Positions 56,101-64,000 of a stretch of DNA of 64,000 nucleotides are shown here, in pieces (the first letter of the stretch is position 1; each line of letters starts with the position of its first letter). Below the pieces are notes generated by a model, which was not told the DNA's origin, searched no databases, and saw nothing but the letters and a program-made list of their open reading frames with translations. The stretch is from Auanema rhodensis (taxonomy: Eukaryota; Animalia; Nematoda): positions 21,452,001-21,516,000 of the forward strand of contig OZ059895.1 of NCBI GenBank assembly GCA_964057225.1. The letters are read 5' to 3'. Position numbers and translations under genes: made by a program.

Positions 56101-59100
56101 TTTTTTCGTTGAATAACATTGTCCATCGTCTTTGCCTTGAAAAAAGGAATCTAAAAACATCTACTTTTGCTAGATTATTTTGAAATTTCTCGAAAAAATT
56201 TTTGTCAAAATGTTTTTGGAAGCAATGTTGAGTGTACATGGAAACTCAACATACACTAATGCATCATTTTTCAAACGATCATAACTAATTTTTCTATAAA
56301 GCGTTTCTCAATGTAGTATAGTGCATTCGATGCGGATTTTTAAGCTGCGTCGATCTGTGTTATCAGATTTGCGCTAGCTTAAAAATGCACCGAGATATCA
56401 ACTGATATAAGTTCACACTTATATCCTCGATTTTCACCCTGAAGAATTGATTTTTTCGTTGAATAACATTGTCCATCGTCTTTGCCTTGAAAAAAGGAAT
56501 CTAAAAACATCTACTTTTGCTAGATTATTTTGAAATTTCTCGAAAAAATTTTTGTCAAAATGTTTTTGGAAGCAATGTTGAGTGTACATGGAAACTCAAC
56601 ATACACTAATGCATCATTTTTCAAACGATCATAACTAATTTTTCTATAAAGCGTTTCTCAATGTAGTATAGTGCATTCGATGCGGATTTTTAAGCTGCGT
56701 CGATCTGTGTTATCAGATTTGCGCTAGCTTAAAAATGCACCGAGATATCAACTGATATAAGTTCACACTTATATCCTCGATTTTCACCCTGAAGAATTAA
56801 TTTTTTCGTTGAATAACATTGTCTATCGTCTTTGCCTTAAAAAAAGGAATCTAAAAACATCTACTTTTTGATAAATTATTTTAAAATTTTTCGAAAAAAT
56901 TTTTGTCAAAATGTTTTTGGAAGCAATGTTGAGTGTACATGGAAACTCAACATACACTAATGCATAATTTTTCAAACGATCATAACTAATTTTTGTATTA
57001 AGCGTTTCTCAGTGTAGTATAGTGCATTCGATGCGGATTTTTAAGCTGCGTCGATCTGTGTTATCAGATTTGCGCTAGCTTAAAAATGCACCGAGATATC
57101 AACTGATATAAGTTCACACTTATATCCTCGATTTTCACCCTGAAGAATTGATTTTTTCGTTGAATAACATTGTCCATCGTCTTTGCCTTGAAAAAAGGAA
57201 TCTAAAAACATCTACTTTTGCTAGATTATTTTGAAATTTCTCGAAAAAATTTTTGTCAAAATGTTTTTGGAAGCAATGTTGAGTGTACATGGAAACTCAA
57301 CATACACTAATGCATCATTTTTCAAACGATCATAACTAATTTTTCTATAAAGCGTTTCTCAATGTAGTATAGTGCATTCGATGCGGATTTTTAAGCTGCG
57401 TCGATCTGTGTTATCAGATTTGCGCTAGCTTAAAAATGCACCGAGATATCAACTGATATAAGTTCACACTTATATCCTCGATTTTCACCCTGAAGAATTA
57501 ATTTTTTCGTTGAATAACATTGTCCATCGTCTTTGCCTTAAAAAAGGAATCTAAAAACATCTACTTTTTGATGAATTATTTTAAAATTTTTCGAAAAAAT
57601 TTTTGTCAAAATGTTTTTGGAAGCAATGTTGAGTGTACATGGAAACTCAACATACACTAATGCATAATTTTTCAAACGATCATAACTAATTGTTGTATTA
57701 AGCGTTTCTCAATGTAGTATAGTGCATTCGATGCGGATTTTTAAGCTGCGTCGATCTGTGTTATCAGATTTGCGCTAGCTTAAAAATGCACCGAGATATC
57801 AACTGATATAAGTTCACACTTATATCCTCGATTTTCACCCTGAAGAATTAATTTTTTCGTTGAATAACATTGTCCATCGTCTTTGCCTTAAAAAAAGGAA
57901 TCTAAAAACATCTACTTTTTGATAAATTATTTTAAAATTTTTCGAAAAAATTTTTGTCAAAATGTTTTTGGAAGCAATGTTGAGTGTACATGGAAACTCA
58001 ACATACACTAATGCATAATTTTTCAAACGATCATAACTAATTTTTGTATTAAGCGTTTCTCAATGTAGTATAGTGCATTCGATGCGGATTTTTGAGCTGC
58101 GTCGATCTGTGTTATCAGATTTGCGCTAGCTTAAAAATGCACCGAGATATCAACTGATATAAGTTCACACTTATATCCTCGATTTTCACCCTGAAGAATT
58201 AATTTTTTCGTTGAATAACAATGTCCATCGTCTTTGCCTTGAAAAAAGGAATCTAAAAACATCTACTTTTTGCTAAATTATATTGAAATTTTTCGAAAAA
58301 ATTTTTGTCAAAATGTTTTTGGAAGCAATGTTGAGTGTACATGGAAACTCAACATACACTAATGCATCATTTTTCAAACGATCATAACTAATTTTTCTAT
58401 AAAGCGTTTCTCAATGTAGTATAGTGCATTCGATGCGGATTTTTAAGCTGCGTCGATCTGTGTTATCAGATTTGCGCTAGCTTAAAAATGCACCGAGATA
58501 TCAACTGATATAAGTTCACACTTATATCCTCGATTTTCACCCTGAAGAATTGATTTTTTCGTTGAATAACATTGTCCATCGTCTTTGCCTTGAAAAAAGG
58601 AATCTAAAAACATCTACTTTTGCTAGATTATTTTGAAATTTCTCGAAAAAATTTTTGTCAAAATGTTTTTGGAAGCAATGTTGAGTGTACATGGAAACTC
58701 AACATACACTAATGCATCATTTTTCAAACGATCATAACTAATTTTTCTATAAAGCGTTTCTCAATGTAGTATAGTGCATTCGATGCGGATTTTTAAGCTG
58801 CGTCGATCTGTGTTATCAGATTTGCGCTAGCTTAAAAATGCACCGAGATATCAACTGATATAAGTTCACACTTATATCCTCGATTTTCACCCTGAAGAAT
58901 TAATTTTTTCGTTGAATAACAATGTCCATCGTCTTTGCCTTGAAAAAAGGAATCTAAAAACATCTACTTTTTGCTAAATTATATTGAAATTTTTCGAAAA
59001 AATTTTTGTCAAAATGTTTTTGGAAGCAATGTTGAGTGTACATGGAAACTCAACATACACTAATGCATCATTTTTCAAACGATCATAACTAATTTTTCTA

Positions 59101-62100
59101 TAAAGCGTTTCTCAATGTAGTATAGTGCATTCGATGCGGATTTTTAAGCTGCGTCGATCTGTGTTATCAGATTTGCGCTAGCTTAAAAATGCACCGAGAT
59201 ATCAACTGATATAAGTTCACACTTATATCCTCGATTTTCACCCTGAGGAATTGATTTTTTCGTTGAATAACATTGTCCATCGTCTTTGCCTTGAAAAAAG
59301 GAATCTAAAAACATCTACTTTTGCTAGATTATTTTGAAATTTCTCGAAAAAATTTTTGTCAAAATGTTTTTGGAAGCAATGTTGAGTGTACATGGAAACT
59401 CAACATACACTAATGCATCATTTTTCAAACGATCATAACTAATTTTTCTATAAAGCGTTTCTCAATGTAGTATAGTGCATTCGATGCGGATTTTTAAGCT
59501 GCGTCGATCTGTGTTATCAGATTTGCGCTAGCTTAAAAATGCACCGAGATATCAACTGATATAAGTTCACACTTATATCCTCGATTTTCACCCTGAAGAA
59601 TTAATTTTTTCGTTGAATAACATTGTCCATCGTCTTTGCTTTAAAAAAAGGAATCTAAAAACATCTACTTTTTGATAAATTATTTTAAAATTTTTCGAAA
59701 AAATTTTTGTCAAAATGTTTTTGGAAGCAATGTTGAGTGTACATGGAAACTCAACATACACTAATGCATAATTTTTCAAACGATCATAACTAATTTTTGT
59801 ATTAAGCGTTTCTCAATGTAGTATAGTGCATTCGATGCGGATTTTTGAGCTGCGTCGATCTGTGTTATCAGATTTGCGCTAGCTTAAAAATGCACCGAGA
59901 TATCAACTGATATAAGTTCACACTTATATCCTCGATTTTCACCCTGAAGAATTAATTTTTTCGTTGAATAACAATGTCCATCGTCTTTGCCTTGAAAAAA
60001 GGAATCTAAAAACATCTACTTTTTGCTAAATTATATTGAAATTTTTCGAAAAAATTTTTGTCAAAATGTTTTTGGAAGCAATGTTGAGTGTACATGGAAA
60101 CTCAACATACACTAATGCATCATTTTTCAAACGATCATAACTAATTTTTCTATAAAGCGTTTCTCAATGTAGTATAGTGCATTCGATGCGGATTTTTAAG
60201 CTGCGTCGATCTGTGTTATCAGATTTGCGCTAGCTTAAAAATGCACCGAGATATCAACTGATATAAGTTCACACTTATATCCTCGATTTTCACCCTGAAG
60301 AATTAATTTTTTCGTTGAATAACATTGTCCATCGTCTTTGCCTTAAAAAAAGGAATCTAAAAACATCTACTTTTTGATAAATTATTTTAAAATTTTTCGA
60401 AAAAATTTTTGTCAAAATGTTTTTGGAAGCAATGTTGAGTGTACATGGAAACTCAACATACACTAATGCATAATTTTTCAAACGATCATAACTAATTTTT
60501 GTATTAAGCGTTTCTCAATGTAGTATAATGCATCCGATGCGGATTTTTAAGCTGCGTCGATCTGTGTTATCAGATTTGCGCTAGCTTAAAAATGCACCGA
60601 GATATCAACTGATATAAGTTCACACTTATATCCTCGATTTTCACCCTGAAGAATTAATTTTTTCGTTGAATAACATTGTCCATCGTCTTTGCCTTAAAAA
60701 AAGGAATCTAAAAACATCTACTTTTTGATAAATTATTTTAAAATTTTTCGAAAAAATTTTTGTCAAAATGTTTTTGGAAGCAATGTTGAGTGTACATGGA
60801 AACTCAACATACACTAATGCATAATTTTTCAAACGATCATAACTAATTTTTGTATTAAGCGTTTCTCAATGTAGTATAGTGCATTCGATGCGGATTTTTG
60901 AGCTGCGTCGATCTGTGTTATCAGATTTGCGCTAGCTTAAAAATGCACCGAGATATCAACTGATATAAGTTCACACTTATATCCTCGATTTTCACCCTGA
61001 AGAATTAATTTTTTCGTTGAATAACAATGTCCATCGTCTTTGCCTTGAAAAAAGGAATCTAAAAACATCTACTTTTTGCTAAATTATATTGAAATTTTTC
61101 GAAAAAATTTTTGTCAAAATGTTTTTGGAAGCAATGTTGAGTGTACATGGAAACTCAACATACACTAATGCATCATTTTTCAAACGATCATAACTAATTT
61201 TTCTATAAAGCGTTTCTCAATGTAGTATAGTGCATCCGATGCGGATTTTTAAGCTGCGTCGATCTGTGTTATCAGATTTGCGCTAGCTTAAAAATGCACC
61301 GAGATATCAACTGATATAAGTTCACACTTATATCCTCGATTTTCACCCTGAAGAATTAATTTTTTCGTTGAATAACATTGTCCATCGTCTTTGCCTTAAA
61401 AAAAGGAATCTAAAAACATCTACTTTTTGATAAATTATTTTAAAATTTTTCGAAAAAATTTTTGTCAAAATGTTTTTGGAAGCAATGTTGAGTGTACATG
61501 GAAACTCAACATACACTAATGCATAATTTTTCAAACGATCATAACTAATTTTTGTATTAAGCGTTTCTCAATGTAGTATAGTGCATTCGATGCGGATTTT
61601 TGAGCTGCGTCGATCTGTGTTATCAGATTTGCGCTAGCTTAAAAATGCACCGAGATATCAACTGATATAAGTTCACACTTATATCCTCGATTTTCACCCT
61701 GAAGAATTAATTTTTTCGTTGAATAACAATGTCCATCGTCTTTGCCTTGAAAAAAGGAATCTAAAAACATCTACTTTTTGCTAAATTATATTGAAATTTT
61801 TCGAAAAAATTTTTGTCAAAATGTTTTTGGAAGCAATGTTGAGTGTACATGGAAACTCAACATACACTAATGCATCATTTTTCAAACGATCATAACTAAT
61901 TTTTCTATAAAGCGTTTCTCAATGTAGTATAGTGCATTCGATGCGGATTTTTAAGCTGCGTCGATCTGTGTTATCAGATTTGCGCTAGCTTAAAAATGCA
62001 CCGAGATATCAACTGATATAAGTTCACACTTATATCCTCGATTTTCACCCTGAGGAATTGATTTTTTCGTTGAATAACATTGTCCATCGTCTTTGCCTTG

Positions 62101-64000
62101 AAAAAAGGAATCTAAAAACATCTACTTTTGCTAGATTATTTTGAAATTTCTCGAAAAAATTTTTGTCAAAATGTTTTTGGAAGCAATGTTGAGTGTACAT
62201 GGAAACTCAACATACACTAATGCATAATTTTTCAAACGATCATAACTAATTTTTGTATTAAGCGTTTCTCAGTGTAGTATAGTGCATTCGATGCGGATTT
62301 TTAAGCTGCGTCGATCTGTGTTATCAGATTTGCGCTAGCTTAAAAATGCACCGAGATATCAACTGATATAAGTTCACACTTATATCCTCGATTTTCACCC
62401 TGAAGAATTGATTTTTTCGTTGAATAACATTGTCCATCGTCTTTGCCTTAAAAAAAGGAATCTAAAAACATCTACTTTTGCTAAATTATTTTGAAATTTT
62501 TCGAAAAAATTTTTGTCAAAATGTTTTTGGAAGCAATGTTGAGTGTACATGGAAACTCAACATACACTAATGCATCATTTTTCAAACGATCATAACTAAT
62601 TTTTCTATAAAGCGTTTCTCAATGTAGTATAGTGCATTCGATGCGGATTTTTAAGCTGCGTCGATCTGTGTTATCAGATTTGCGCTAGCTTAAAAATGCA
62701 CCGAGATATCAACTGATATAAGTTCACACTTATATCCTCGATTTTCACCCTGAAGAATTAATTTTTTCGTTGAATAACATTGTCTATCGTCTTTGCCTTA
62801 AAAAAAGGAATCTAAAAACATCTACTTTTTGATAAATTATTTTAAAATTTTTCGAAAAAATTTTTGTCAAAATGTTTTTGGAAGCAATGTTGAGTGTACA
62901 TGGAAACTCAACATACACTAATGCATAATTTTTCAAACGATCATAACTAATTTTTGTATTAAGCGTTTCTCAGTGTAGTATAGTGCATTCGATGCGGATT
63001 TTTAAGCTGCGTCGATCTGTGTTATCAGATTTGCGCTAGCTTAAAAATGCACCGAGATATCAACTGATATAAGTTCACACTTATATCCTCGATTTTCACC
63101 CTGAAGAATTGATTTTTTCGTTGAATAACATTGTCCATCGTCTTTGCCTTGAAAAAAGGAATCTAAAAACATCTACTTTTGCTAGATTATTTTGAAATTT
63201 CTCGAAAAAATTTTTGTCAAAATGTTTTTGGAAGCAATGTTGAGTGTACATGGAAACTCAACATACACTAATGCATCATTTTTCAAACGATCATAACTAA
63301 TTTTTCTATAAAGCGTTTCTCAATGTAGTATAGTGCATTCGATGCGGATTTTTAAGCTGCGTCGATCTGTGTTATCAGATTTGCGCTAGCTTAAAAATGC
63401 ACCGAGATATCAACTGATATAAGTTCACACTTATATCCTCGATTTTCACCCTGAAGAATTAATTTTTTCGTTGAATAACATTGTCCATCGTCTTTGCCTT
63501 AAAAAAAGGAATCTAAAAACATCTACTTTTTGATGAATTATTTTAAAATTTTTCGAAAAAATTTTTGTCAAAATGTTTTTGGAAGCAATGTTGAGTGTAC
63601 ATGGAAACTCAACATACACTAATGCATAATTTTTCAAACGATCATAACTAATTTTTGTATTAAGCGTTTCTCAATGTAGTATAGTGCATTCGATGCGGAT
63701 TTTTAAGCTGCGTCGATCTGTGTTATCAGATTTGCGCTAGCTTAAAAATGCACCGAGATATCAACTGATATAAGTTCACACTTATATCCTCGATTTTCAC
63801 CCTGAAGAATTAATTTTTTCGTTGAATAACATTGTCCATCGTCTTTGCCTTAAAAAAAGGAATCTAAAAACATCTACTTTTTGATAAATTATTTTAAAAT
63901 TTTTCGAAAAAATTTTTGTCAAAATGTTTTTGGAAGCAATGTTGAGTGTACATGGAAACTCAACATACACTAATGCATAATTTTTCAAACGATCATAACT

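Larger units (their letters stand above)
1..64000. repeat. Tandem satellite DNA array, ~351-bp monomer, ~182 head-to-tail copies, open at both window ends
   Basis: The monomer ctttgccttgaaaaaagg...ttgtccatcgt spans 1-351 and restarts at 352, 703 and 1056. ORF-track hits recur at multiples of about 351. Neighbouring monomers differ at only a few positions, and all are in one orientation. Confidence 0.99.

Noticed and set aside
15759-63988. 42 copies of a 63-aa minus-strand ORF (MKN[Y/D]ALVYVEFPC...) as a tandem gene family
   Set aside because: The start is TTG, not ATG. The frame is open only when monomer SNP c42a converts TAG to TAT. Most monomers carry that stop, a frameshift or another nonsense change. 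The F/K/I/N-rich composition simply mirrors the A/T tracts, and I recognise no domain.
1-64000. CRISPR array, or 5S/snRNA/histone tandem gene cluster
   Set aside because: There are no unique spacers or cas genes, and the unit contains no recognisable RNA-gene or coding sequence.
1-64000. Naming the satellite as a known family (Drosophila 1.688, beetle ~350-bp satellites, Chironomus telomeric repeats)
   Set aside because: Monomer length and AT content are similar, but I cannot confirm sequence identity without a database search.
1-64000. Variant order as an encoded or programmed signal
   Set aside because: The patterns are adequately explained by nested tandem duplication, unequal exchange and gene conversion.

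Overview
The whole 64 kb window is one uninterrupted, head-to-tail tandem satellite array. It holds about 182 copies of an AT-rich 351-bp monomer (hand count on monomer 1: about 32% GC; length variants of 350 and 353 bp and a 6-bp insertion also occur). I see no inversion, transposon insertion or unique sequence. There are no credible genes. The 42 '63-aa ORFs' are one TTG-started reading frame that a single satellite SNP happens to open. It looks like eukaryotic heterochromatic or (peri)centromeric satellite. CpG is not depleted, which suggests an invertebrate such as an insect (inference; I cannot name the species). The notable structure is at three levels. (1) Each monomer is built from several inverted repeats, and four of their centres recur at half-monomer spacing (54/122/54/121 bp). 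(2) Variants cluster between or in the loops of those dyads. (3) The array is layered into variant domains with nascent higher-order repeats (3-mer, 2-mer, 5-mer, 10-14-mer and 16-17-mer). I found no protein-coding or RNA-gene 'system'.
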